Shown here: positions 50,301 to 58,633 of the stretch, one piece after another
How the letters are laid out: every line of letters begins with the position of its first letter
How positions within the stretch are numbered: the stretch's first letter is position 1
DNA from: an uncultured Candidatus Saccharibacteria bacterium
GTDB taxonomy: Bacteria; Patescibacteriota; Doudnabacteria; UBA920
Assembly (NCBI GenBank): GCA_964484145.1
Contig: CAZAED010000001.1
Span: 20,790-83,161 of the forward strand
DNA: 62,372 nucleotides
Direction of reading: 5' to 3'
Notes under the pieces: generated by a model
The model's input: the letters and a program-made list of their open reading frames with translations, nothing else
Told to the model about the DNA's origin: nothing
The model's database searches: none
Made by a program: the position numbers and the translations under genes

Positions 50301-51656
50301 TTACATAAACACCTTATCCATAACTAAATTTATTTCCTGTTTAAAATTCTCCTTTTCTTTTACTAGTTCAGAAATCTTTTCCACAGCGTGCATAACTGTT
50401 GTGTGGTCACGGCCCCCAAAAAAATCACCAATAGAGGGAAAAGAATTATCTAACTCTTTTCGTATTAAATACATGGCAATTTGCCTAGGTTTAACAAATT
50501 CCTTTTTTCTTGACTGCTTTATAAGGTCGTCCATGCTAATATTGTAAAATTCCGCAACGGCCTCAGCAATTTTTCTAGCGGAGGTAACTCGCTTTTTGCT
50601 GCCAATAATGCTGCCTAAAATGTTTTTTGCCTGGTCAAGTACCAACCCCCGGTTTTGCATTTGTTGATAAACCGCAAGTTTGTTTAGCGCTCCTTCCAAT
50701 TCTCTTACGTTGCTCTGAATGTTTTCCGCAATGTAAAAAAGTATGGGCTCTTCTAAGCTTGTGCCTCGCTTTTCCATTTTTGTTCTCAGTATTGCCATGC
50801 GGGTTTCTAAATCTGGAACCGAAATGTCGGCAAGCATCCCCCATTCAAAACGGCTAACCAAACGTTGTTCAATAGAAGGTATGTCTTTAGGCGCCCGGTC
50901 TGAGGTAATAATAATTTGCTTGCCCTTGTCCCTCAGTTCGTTAAAAGTATGGAAAAATTCTTCCTGGGTTTGTTCTTTCCCGGCTATAAATTGAATATCG
51001 TCTATTAAAAGCGCGTCGAGATTGCGGTAAAATTTTTTAAATTCTTCAATTCTTTTTTCTTTTAATGCGTCTATGTAATCGTTAGTAAATTTTTCGCTGG
51101 AGGCGTAAAAAATTTTTGCTTTTGGGTTTTCTTTTAAAAGTTCGTGCCCCACGCCGTGCATTAAATGGGTTTTGCCCAAACCCACCCCACCATATATAAA
51201 CAGTGGGTTGTACTGTCCACCAGGGCTTTTTGCGACCGCATGGCTTGCAGCGTGAGCAAGCTCGCTATTTTTTCCCACAACAAAAGTTTCAAACGTATAT
51301 TTGGGGTTGAGCCCGTTTGAACTTTGGTTTTGTTCTGTATGGGTTTGTTGGTAGTTTTCTTGGGGTTTGTTGGTAGTTTTAGGGGTGTTGGTTGTGTTTT
51401 GGGTTTGGCCGGCCTGGCCAACCTGGTAGCGAATTTCTTTAATTTCTGGCGCTAAGGATTTAAGCGCTTTTAGCATTTCTTGGTGATATTTGTTGTGAAT
51501 CCAGTTTTTGTGAAATAGGTCCGGCACATTCACAATAATATGCGAATCTCCTTTTTCTATAATGCTTGTATTTTTAAACCAGGTATTAAAATTGGCTTTA
51601 CTAAGCGAAATTTCTAAATGTCCTAAAATTGCTTGCCAAAGTTGTTGATTTGTCAT
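50301..51656 (-). CDS. dnaA: Chromosomal replication initiator DnaA
   Basis: NPLFIYGGVGLGKTHL, LLIDDIQF, the sensor/box VII region, and C-terminal DNA-binding GGRDHTTVMHA. Confidence 0.97.
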   Translation of the reverse strand: MTNQQLWQAILGHLEISLSKANFNTWFKNTSIIEKGDSHIIVNVPDLFHKNWIHNKYHQEMLKALKSLAPEIKEIRYQVGQAGQTQNTTNTPKTTNKPQENYQQTHTEQNQSSNGLNPKYTFETFVVGKNSELAHAASHAVAKSPGGQYNPLFIYGGVGLGKTHLMHGVGHELLKENPKAKIFYASSEKFTNDYIDALKEKRIEEFKKFYRNLDALLIDDIQFIAGKEQTQEEFFHTFNELRDKGKQIIITSDRAPKDIPSIEQRLVSRFEWGMLADISVPDLETRMAILRTKMEKRGTSLEEPILFYIAENIQSNVRELEGALNKLAVYQQMQNRGLVLDQAKNILGSIIGSKKRVTSARKIAEAVAEFYNISMDDLIKQSRKKEFVKPRQIAMYLIRKELDNSFPSIGDFFGGRDHTTVMHAVEKISELVKEKENFKQEINLVMDKVFM

Positions 51657-51824
51657 ATTTATTTTAAATATAGAAACTGCTTCAAGTTGAAGTTTAGCAG
51701 TGAGTTATCAACATGTAAAATTGTCATTTTTGCTCATATATAAGGCAATAAAGAATTTATCTGTTAACAAGGTGTGGAAAAGATGTGTTTTGTTTAATTG
51801 GCTCTCCAATAAATCAGGCAAAGG
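51657..51824. other. Second candidate DnaA-box region upstream of dnaA
   Basis: TTATCaACA at 51705-51713 and TGTGGAaAA at 51773-51781. Confidence 0.4.
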
Positions 51825-51853
51825 TTGACTAAAATGCCATTTTTCTGTAAAAT
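51825..51853 (+). promoter_or_regulatory. rpmH operon promoter
   Basis: TTGACT (51825-51830), 17-nt spacer, TAAAAT (51848-51853). Confidence 0.55.
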
Positions 51854-51874
51854 TAGGAAAGTAAAAATTAAAAT

Positions 51875-51937
51875 ATACGGAATTACAAATAATACAGATT
51901 TAACAGATCCGTAATATCATTAATCTGTAATTCAGTA
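51875..51937 (+). repeat. Leader/MITE-like element upstream of rpmH (copy 2)
   Basis: atacggaattacaaataatacagatt...attaatctgtaattcagta. Internal terminal inverted repeat gaattaca..cagatt / aatctgtaattc. Confidence 0.85.
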
Positions 51938-51944
51938 ACTTTAT

Positions 51945-52079
51945 ATGAAAAGAACCTATCAACCAAAAAAACTCAAACGCCTTAAAAGACATGGGTTTCG
52001 AGCAAAAATGAAAACCAATGCCGGCCGAAATGTAATAAAAAGCCGCCGAGGCAAGGGCCGCAAAAAATTAGCTTTGTAA
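51945..52079 (+). CDS. rpmH: 50S ribosomal protein L34
   Basis: [44 protein letters not shown] (44 aa). It falls below the ORF-track length cutoff and was read directly from the sequence. Confidence 0.95.
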   Translation: MKRTYQPKKLKRLKRHGFRAKMKTNAGRNVIKSRRGKGRKKLAL

Positions 52080-52094
52080 CAACTTTGTAAAAAT

Positions 52095-52442
52095 ATGTTA
52101 AAAAAAACTAACCGCCTAGCAAAAACATCCGCAGTTGTAGCGGCGTTAAAAGCAGGGCGGGGTTTTTTTTACCCTGAATTCAATTTGCGATTTTTGCCCA
52201 AAAGTAGCGGAGAAGTAAAGGTAACGGTTGTGGTTTCAACAAAGGTGGACAAAAGGGCGGTAAAACGTAATCGCTTAAAAAGAATTATTCGTGAATTTAT
52301 TCGTACTAATTTAGTCTTCCTTGCTTTAGGAGATTATGTAATAATGCTTAAGCCCGTAGCTGCAAAAACCAATGAAGCAAAATTACTCACAAGCCTTAAG
52401 TTAGGCTTGGTAAAATGGAAGCTATTAAAGCAACATGAATAA
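52095..52442 (+). CDS. rnpA: Ribonuclease P protein component
   Basis: Basic 115-aa protein with KRAVKRNRLKRIIRE, located directly after rpmH. Confidence 0.9.
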   Translation: MLKKTNRLAKTSAVVAALKAGRGFFYPEFNLRFLPKSSGEVKVTVVVSTKVDKRAVKRNRLKRIIREFIRTNLVFLALGDYVIMLKPVAAKTNEAKLLTSLKLGLVKWKLLKQHE

Positions 52443-52707
52443 AATTATAAAAATTATTTTAAATATCCCAGCCTTTGTGGCTGTTGGTATAATTAGTCTA
52501 TACCAAAAAACGTTGTCGCCCGACCATGGTTTGCTTAAAGCTCGCTTCCCGTATGGTTATTGCCGTCACTACCCTTCCTGTAGCGAGTACAGTAAGCAAG
52601 CTATTACTAAATATGGGTTAATAAAGGGTGGGTGGATGGGAATTAATAGGGTTGTGCGATGTAATCCATTTAGCAAACCAAGCGTTGATACAATTAATAA
52701 TAATTAA
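52435..52707 (+). CDS. yidD: Membrane protein insertion efficiency factor YidD
   Basis: ISLYQKTLSP...CRHYPSCSEYSKQAI.KYG..KG......R..RCNPF. Confidence 0.9.
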   Translation: MNKIIKIILNIPAFVAVGIISLYQKTLSPDHGLLKARFPYGYCRHYPSCSEYSKQAITKYGLIKGGWMGINRVVRCNPFSKPSVDTINNN

Positions 52708-52808
52708 TGACAAAAATTAAAAAAATGAACAAAAATGACAAAAATATAGCTGCGCCCGGATCTTAAATTTTTGTCATTTGCGTCGTTTTTGTCACTTTTG
52801 TCATTTCC
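52707..52808. repeat. ~100-nt imperfect palindrome built from ATGACAAAA / TTTTGTCAT words
   Basis: The left arm atgacaaaaatt...aaatgacaaaaat (52707-52745) is an inverted version of the right arm atttttgtcattt...ttttgtcatttcc (52766-52808). The element abuts the yidC ATG. Confidence 0.85.
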
Positions 52809-52812
52809 TCCT

Positions 52813-53535
52813 ATGTTTTCAACTATTTACAATACAATAATCTATCATCCACTTTTAAACTTGTTAGTGTTTTTTTATAATATTATTCCCGGCCACGACA
52901 TGGGCGTGGTTATAATTGTGGTTACAATTTTTATTAGACTTTTGCTCGCACCTTCTTTTCATAAGTCGCTTAAGAGCCAAAAGGCTATGAATGATTTACA
53001 GCCTAAGCTTTCCGCGCTTAAGCAGCAGCATAAAGGCAACAAAGAAGCAGAGGCTAAAGCCATGATGGAGCTTTATAAAGAGCATAAAATTAATCCGTTT
53101 TCTTCTTGCTTGCCATTGCTGTTACAGCTTCCAATTTTAATTGGCCTTTATCAGGTTTTTAATACAGCTTTGGGGCATAAGGAAATTACCGGTTTGTATA
53201 GCTTTGTCCACATACCGCAAAATATTAGCCCTTACTTTTTACACTGGGTAGACTTGTCTAAGCCCTCATGGATTTTTGGCGTTATTGCTGGCGCGGCGCA
53301 ATTTTGGCAGTCAAAAATGATGCTAGCAAAGTCTCAGCCGTCCGATGATCCAACCGCGAAAATGATGCAAATGCAAACTACTTACATTTTGCCGCTTGTG
53401 AGTGTATTTATTGCCCTAAAACTACCGGCCGGCTTACCCCTTTACTGGATAGTTACTACCCTCTTTGCAATTGGGCAGCAATACTATATAATCCGTAAAC
53501 AGAATACAGAAGTAATAGTAGTAGGTAGTAAGTAG
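52813..53535 (+). CDS. yidC: Membrane protein insertase YidC (short Oxa1-type)
   Basis: Multi-TM protein with PLLLQLPILIGLYQ and LPAGLPLYWIVTTLF. The start is the ATG at 52813. Confidence 0.9.
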   Translation: MFSTIYNTIIYHPLLNLLVFFYNIIPGHDMGVVIIVVTIFIRLLLAPSFHKSLKSQKAMNDLQPKLSALKQQHKGNKEAEAKAMMELYKEHKINPFSSCLPLLLQLPILIGLYQVFNTALGHKEITGLYSFVHIPQNISPYFLHWVDLSKPSWIFGVIAGAAQFWQSKMMLAKSQPSDDPTAKMMQMQTTYILPLVSVFIALKLPAGLPLYWIVTTLFAIGQQYYIIRKQNTEVIVVGSK

Positions 53536-53569
53536 TATTTAGCCAAACAAACTGAGCAATTCCTGCTGG

Positions 53570-53604
53570 CTACCAACTACCAACTACCAACTACCAACTA
53601 CAAA
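53570..53604 (+). repeat. Near-perfect heptamer array ctaccaa x4 plus ctacaaa, abutting the jag ATG
   Basis: ctaccaactaccaactaccaactaccaactacaaa followed by ATG. A related tagtann array lies at 53511-53541 across the yidC stop. Confidence 0.95.
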
Positions 53605-54078
53605 ATGACCGATTACAACCACATAGAGCAAATAAAGGAAATGATTGAAGGCTTTTTAAAAGCTGCTGGTTTTGAGAGCGGGGTTTCTTACGAAGAAAGC
53701 GTGACCAAAGGCCTGGTTTTTAACATTGCAGCTTCGCGCGATTCTTATTTGTTAATTGGCCGGCAAGGCGCAGCTTTGCATTCTATGCAAACACTGCTTC
53801 AGGCTATGGCGTCTAAAAAATTTGCAGGCTCTAACCCTATATATTTTGCGCTCGATGTAGACGACTATAAAATGAAACGCGAATGGTTCTTAAAAGAAAC
53901 CGCCAGAGCCGCAGTTGAACAACTTAAAAAAACTGGCCGAGCTCAAGGCCTTGAGCCCATGCCAAACTACGAACGTAGAATTGTTCACGCGTACCTACAA
54001 GAACATGCCCCGGAAGTATTTACCGAAAGCGTAGACGAAGAACCATATAGAAGAATAATTATTAGGCAAAAAAAATAA
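53605..54078 (+). CDS. jag: Jag/KhpB-like KH-R3H RNA-binding protein
   Basis: R3H motif region YERRIVHAYLQEH, located after yidC. Confidence 0.85.
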   Translation: MTDYNHIEQIKEMIEGFLKAAGFESGVSYEESVTKGLVFNIAASRDSYLLIGRQGAALHSMQTLLQAMASKKFAGSNPIYFALDVDDYKMKREWFLKETARAAVEQLKKTGRAQGLEPMPNYERRIVHAYLQEHAPEVFTESVDEEPYRRIIIRQKK

Positions 54079-54101
54079 ACCCCTCTGGCTAGAGGGGTTT
54101 T
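54078..54101. terminator. Bidirectional terminator between jag and the O-antigen-ligase-like gene
   Basis: cccctct-ggct-agagggg followed by tttt. Confidence 0.7.
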
Positions 54102-55299
54102 AAATTAAAGCCAAAATTATCCCAAACACAACCGCGAGGTCATTTTTAAAGTAAGGGTTGTCTATTTGGCCTTGGGCTAGGAAAGCAATTAAAAATAAGG
54201 CTACTGATAATTTAAATAAATCTTTTTTCTTAAAAAAACCGCGATATATTAACAGACCTATTAGTCCTATAAGACCTATTAGTCCTATTACTCCCGTTTC
54301 AACCCAAAGGTTTAAAAATATATTATGCGGGAAGTTGTGGTCGGGCAGAGTTTGGTCGGTTATTAAGTTTCGATATTCCAACGAATAACCGCCTAAGCCA
54401 AGGCCAAACACGGGCGACTGTTTTATGGCAGCAACTCCGCTTTGCCACAAAGTAATTCTAGAGGAAGCCGACTTTTCGCCTTTAAAAGGCGAGGTGAGGC
54501 GATGGCGAGTGCTGGGAATAAACAGGACAATAATGGCGAATATTATGCCGGCGTAAAAAAATGTTTGCTTTGTTTTTTTATCTGAGGCAATAAAAATATA
54601 AACTAAGGCAGCTAAGGCTAAGCCTAACCACCCTGCTCGAGAAAGCGATAGTATAAGTCCAACTACTCCCAAAAACCAAGCAACCGCTTTTAAATAATTA
54701 ACAATTACTAATTGACCATTTAAACGTGCGGTTTTTAGCGAGGATAATAAATCCGGAATTAAAAAAGCTAGTAAAGGGGTTGCCCACAGGGCATAAAAAT
54801 TTGAATGCACAAAAAAACTCACGGCGCGGCGGGGTTCAAAATCGTTTCCTTGGAACAAAAGCGGCAGACCAAGGCCGGAAAAATACTGTACTATAGCGTA
54901 GAGGCCGGCAAAACCTAGTAACATGTAACATGTAGCATGTAACATGTAACGAGATTTTGGAAATTGTTCGAATAAATATCGGCCAATAAAATAAAGACTT
55001 ATTGGTTGTATAAAAAGTACTAAAAATTCTCCCAAGGTTTTTTGGTTTACTCCCCCTACAAACAGGCTTATGGTGCCTCCTAAGAAAAATAGTCCAATTA
55101 GGTAAAGAACCTTTTGATCAATTTTTTTTATAAACGAGACAAAATTTGCCAGCTTGTTATTTGCGAATATATAAACGGCAAAAATTACCCAAACCAAAAA
55201 TACCCACAACATTAAAATATTTGAGGGTAAGCCAAAAATATTTATTTTTATTGCGTAGGCGGGGGCAATTAAAAGTGTAAGAGGAATTAAGTATTCCAT
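54100..55299 (-). CDS. O-antigen ligase / Wzy_C-family membrane protein
   Basis: More than 10 TM helices; the loop SLSRAGWLGLALAALVY is typical of Wzy_C. The start is the ATG at 55299, directly after the PBP stop. Confidence 0.75.
   Translation of the reverse strand: MEYLIPLTLLIAPAYAIKINIFGLPSNILMLWVFLVWVIFAVYIFANNKLANFVSFIKKIDQKVLYLIGLFFLGGTISLFVGGVNQKTLGEFLVLFIQPISLYFIGRYLFEQFPKSRYMLHATCYMLLGFAGLYAIVQYFSGLGLPLLFQGNDFEPRRAVSFFVHSNFYALWATPLLAFLIPDLLSSLKTARLNGQLVIVNYLKAVAWFLGVVGLILSLSRAGWLGLALAALVYIFIASDKKTKQTFFYAGIIFAIIVLFIPSTRHRLTSPFKGEKSASSRITLWQSGVAAIKQSPVFGLGLGGYSLEYRNLITDQTLPDHNFPHNIFLNLWVETGVIGLIGLIGLIGLLIYRGFFKKKDLFKLSVALFLIAFLAQGQIDNPYFKNDLAVVFGIILALI
54254..54298. repeat. 9-mer array (agacctatt/agtcctatt) inside the O-antigen-ligase-like CDS
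   Basis: agacctatt agtcctata agacctatt agtcctatt actcccgtt, translated as GVIGLIGLIGLIGLL. Confidence 0.9.
54916..54950. repeat. Heptamer array (atgtaac x5) inside the O-antigen-ligase-like CDS
   Basis: tagtaac atgtaac atgtagc atgtaac atgtaac, translated as YMLHATCYMLLG. Confidence 0.9.
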
Positions 55300-55300
55300 A

Positions 55301-57901
55301 TTAAGGCGTAGGAGTAGCGGTAGGAACTTGCAGGCCTCCATTAATATCAAAATTAACTTGTACGCTGGTATCAGCAGTCTTTCCAGTTACATCTACAGCT
55401 TTTACAGCAATGGTGTGGGGACCTTTTCCGTAGTCTTTGTTAATATCCAAACTATATGGTGAAGTAGTTAGACTTTGCAAAAAAACACCGTCAACTGAAA
55501 CGTCTACTCTGGCAATAGGGTTTGGACCAGTTGCCGCTGCTTCAATGTGTAGTGGTAAACTCAGAGCTGTAAAGCCATCGTCCGGCTGGTTAATGCTAAT
55601 TGCAGGCGGGTCACCGCTGGTTATGGGAGTTGAACTGGAGCTTAGTCCTGAGGGGTAGCCGTAACCATTTTTTATGGCCCAATTCACCACAGGGTCTTCC
55701 CAGTTGGAATTTTGTGGCCTTTCGCTATGAAGTACAACATAAGTTCGATATGAAATTTGATTTGGCGGAGTGAGCGGTGTGGCCGGGAGTCCGGTTAGGG
55801 TGTCTATTGAAACAGCTTGGTGTACATTATCGTACTCGGTCGGAACGGAATAGTCGGCAAAAACTTCTTTTTTTGTTGTTGGTGTTAGTTGAGTAGGTAG
55901 CTTGCCTGAAATAGTATCTACATCTACTTCTCTTATTCCATTTGGCCTTGTAAATTCTTCTGCTGGAGTACCTTTAAGTGCGTTTAGCATAAATTCATGC
56001 CAAATTGGCGCCGCTACAATAACGCCGTCCGCATTCTTTTTTAAATAATCGCCGTTATTATTTCCGACCCATACGCCGGCAGCTAACGAAGGTGTAAAAC
56101 CCAAAGTCCAGCCATCGTGCCATTTGTTTGTCGTACCTGTTTTAGCCGCTACTTTGCGGTCGGGCAAAATAAGCGGCGAGTTTGGTCCAAATACAAAGGC
56201 GCGTGCATTGTTGTCTGTCATTATGCTAATAAGTTCGTAAACTGCCTGAGGGTCTAAAATTTCCTGGGGATGCGTTTGAAATTCTTCTTCTGTCTGGCCG
56301 GTTTTGTCAACAATTTTTAAAATAAAAGTTTGTTCATTTTTTACTCCCCCGTTGGCTAGGGCTGAGTAAGCGGCAACATGGTCAACTAATTTAACTTCAC
56401 ATCCGCCCAAAACTAAAGACAGCCCGCAGTTATTAAGAGGCGAGGTAATACCTAATTTATGAGCGGTTTCAGTGGCTTTTTCTACGCCAACTAAAGCTAA
56501 GGTTTTTACGGCCGGAATATTTAAAGAACCTGCTAGACCCTGCCGAATGGAAACCGGACCGTGCTCTGAGCCGTCGTAGTTAGTTGGTATGTAATCTTTA
56601 TTGTTAAATTTTCCAAAGTTAGTTACCACGTCCATTAACATGGTGGAAGGAGAATATTTATTCTCTTTGCTAAAGGCAGTTACGTAAACATAAGGCTTAA
56701 AGCTACTTCCGGGCTGCCGCGGAGAAATAGCTACATTTACTTGGGGGTCAAAAGTACATTTACTGCCCACGCAGCCTTCCGGTTCACTTTTTCCAAAATA
56801 GTTTTTACTTCCAACCATAGCTAAAATTTGTCCTGTTTTTGGGTCTATGGCAACTAAGGCTTCGTTGTTGCCGTTATATTTTTTTGCGTTTACATCGGCA
56901 TATTTATTTACAGCGTCTTCTGCGATTTTTTGTAATTTTGGGTCAAGTGTGGTGTAAACTTTAAGTCCGCCTTCCTGTAGCGTTTTTTCGCCAAATTTTT
57001 GAGCTAAATAATCTTCTACCATAAACACAAAATGTGGAGCTGTGAGTCCGGTATTTATTTGGCTAAAGGCGACTTTTTCCGCCTTGGCCTGTTTTTCCTG
57101 TTCTTCGTTTATGTATCCTTGCTCTTTCATTTGGCTAAGCACGTAGTCTTTACGGCCATCGAGCAGCGCGCGGTTTGGTCCAAAGGGGTTGTAGCGGCTA
57201 GGAGCTTGAGGTAGTGAGGCAAGGTAAGCGCTTTCGGCAAGGCTTAAATCTTTTGCGTGTTTGCCAAAATAACTTTGGCTCGCGGCTTCTGCGCCGTAAG
57301 TATTTTTTCCGTAAGGGATTTCGTTAAGGTACATTTGCAGAATTTCTTCTTTTTTGAATTTTGTTTCAAGTTCTATGCTTAAAATTGCCTCCGGAACTTT
57401 GCGGCCAAAAATGGATTTTTTATTATTTAGTATTGCGTTTTTTACCAGCTGTTGGGTAATGGTACTGCCTCCCCCGCCTGTGGTGTCTAGTCTAACTGCC
57501 GCTCTAAACACGGACCTGGCAATCCCACTAAAAGAAATTCCATGGTGTTTGTAAAAGTCTTTGTCTTCTATTGCCACCGTAGCATTTTTTAAATAGTCGG
57601 AAATGTCTTCGTATTTAACCAAAGTTCTTTTTACTTCACCGTGAATCTCGTAAAGTAAAGAATTGTCGCGCGCGTAAATTTTTGTACTCTCTGCTACTTG
57701 CCTGGTAACTAGTTTACCCGGGTCTGGTAAATACTTGCTGTAATATAAAAACAAAACCGCAATTAAAAAAACACCTATTGCGGCTAAGCGAAAAGCCCAC
57801 AGGCCAATTCGGCGCATATCCCATTTGCCGATTCTGCCTTTGGACTTTTTAATCTTAATTTTTTTGTCCTTATTCCTACTCTCAAAACTATAAATTCGCA
57901 T
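55301..57901 (-). CDS. Class A penicillin-binding protein (PBP1A-type) with C-terminal Ig-like extension
   Basis: EDKDFYKHHGIS, GGSTITQQLVKN, SSFKP, SLN, KTGTT. The C-terminus has VDVSVDGVFLQ...HTIAVKAVDVTG. Confidence 0.9.
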   Translation of the reverse strand: MRIYSFESRNKDKKIKIKKSKGRIGKWDMRRIGLWAFRLAAIGVFLIAVLFLYYSKYLPDPGKLVTRQVAESTKIYARDNSLLYEIHGEVKRTLVKYEDISDYLKNATVAIEDKDFYKHHGISFSGIARSVFRAAVRLDTTGGGGSTITQQLVKNAILNNKKSIFGRKVPEAILSIELETKFKKEEILQMYLNEIPYGKNTYGAEAASQSYFGKHAKDLSLAESAYLASLPQAPSRYNPFGPNRALLDGRKDYVLSQMKEQGYINEEQEKQAKAEKVAFSQINTGLTAPHFVFMVEDYLAQKFGEKTLQEGGLKVYTTLDPKLQKIAEDAVNKYADVNAKKYNGNNEALVAIDPKTGQILAMVGSKNYFGKSEPEGCVGSKCTFDPQVNVAISPRQPGSSFKPYVYVTAFSKENKYSPSTMLMDVVTNFGKFNNKDYIPTNYDGSEHGPVSIRQGLAGSLNIPAVKTLALVGVEKATETAHKLGITSPLNNCGLSLVLGGCEVKLVDHVAAYSALANGGVKNEQTFILKIVDKTGQTEEEFQTHPQEILDPQAVYELISIMTDNNARAFVFGPNSPLILPDRKVAAKTGTTNKWHDGWTLGFTPSLAAGVWVGNNNGDYLKKNADGVIVAAPIWHEFMLNALKGTPAEEFTRPNGIREVDVDTISGKLPTQLTPTTKKEVFADYSVPTEYDNVHQAVSIDTLTGLPATPLTPPNQISYRTYVVLHSERPQNSNWEDPVVNWAIKNGYGYPSGLSSSSTPITSGDPPAISINQPDDGFTALSLPLHIEAAATGPNPIARVDVSVDGVFLQSLTTSPYSLDINKDYGKGPHTIAVKAVDVTGKTADTSVQVNFDINGGLQVPTATPTP

Positions 57902-58073
57902 GTGTATAGTATACCTTTTTTGTCTTTATATTGACAATACTCTTAAGTTAATGTACAGTACGCTTAATTCATAATTTATGAACAAATTTTTTTTACAATC
58001 TGTTGGTTACTATTACGTAAACTCTTTGCAGAGTTTGCGGTAATTTGGATTGTAAATTTATTTAATCCTTTTC

Positions 58074-58110
58074 CCCGCTCTCTGTAAAAGAGAGCGGGGA
58101 TTTTGTTTTA
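58074..58110 (+). terminator. Strong intrinsic-terminator-shaped hairpin
   Basis: ccccgctctct-gtaaa-agagagcgggg followed by attttgtttt. Confidence 0.6.
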
Positions 58111-58125
58111 GTAAATATTTATTTC

Positions 58126-58173
58126 ATTATACCGGCTTGCCCGCCTAAAGCTTCGGCGAAGGCGGGGATCCAG
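58126..58173 (+). repeat. REP-like GC hairpin with ggggatccag tail (copy 2)
   Basis: ccggcttgCCCGCCtaaagcttcggcgaaGGCGGGgatccag. Compare with 11018-11047. Confidence 0.65.
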
Positions 58174-58316
58174 AATTATATGTCATTTCAAATTTTATTT
58201 TCCAACTATTACGCCTATGTACTACTTCTTCCCAAGAGGCTGGTTTTAGGCGCGTGATGTAAAATCATTGTTCCCCTTAACCCGGTCTGTTGGCCGGTAA
58301 TTTAAAGGAGAGAAAA

Positions 58317-58538
58317 ATGGAAGATCTCGCGATTGTGATAATTGGCGACGAATGGGCGTACGGGCCTTTTTCTTCAGAAGACACTGATTCTGAGGAAGGG
58401 TCGGAGCTCGGACAGTTTTTGTTTGACTACGAAGCAAGTTTTGAATTTTTTCCAAAACCGGCCCCAAAGGTCTATAAGCTAACAAAAATGTCAGGCGGTG
58501 ACGCGGCATTAATTCATGTGCCGCCACTAAACAAATAG
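58317..58538 (+). CDS. Small acidic hypothetical protein (73 aa)
   Basis: aaggagag lies 4 nt before the ATG at 58317. Sequence MEDLAIVIIGDEWAYGPFSSEDTDSEEGSE... It is followed by hairpin ggggag...ctcccc. Confidence 0.5.
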   Translation: MEDLAIVIIGDEWAYGPFSSEDTDSEEGSELGQFLFDYEASFEFFPKPAPKVYKLTKMSGGDAALIHVPPLNK

Positions 58539-58633
58539 TTATGGGGAGGACCGCCAACTCCCCTAAATATTTTAAAAATGTTATTATACTATTAACTAAC
58601 CCGAGTCCCTTTTTGTTGGGATGAAAAAATATT

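Noticed and set aside
57978-58043. 21-codon ORF (MNKFFLQSVGYYYVNSLQSLR) downstream of a TTGACA-17-TACAGT promoter-like site and upstream of a strong terminator; possible leader peptide or small RNA.
   Set aside because: No RBS, a very short ORF, and no obvious regulated downstream gene on that strand. The evidence is insufficient.
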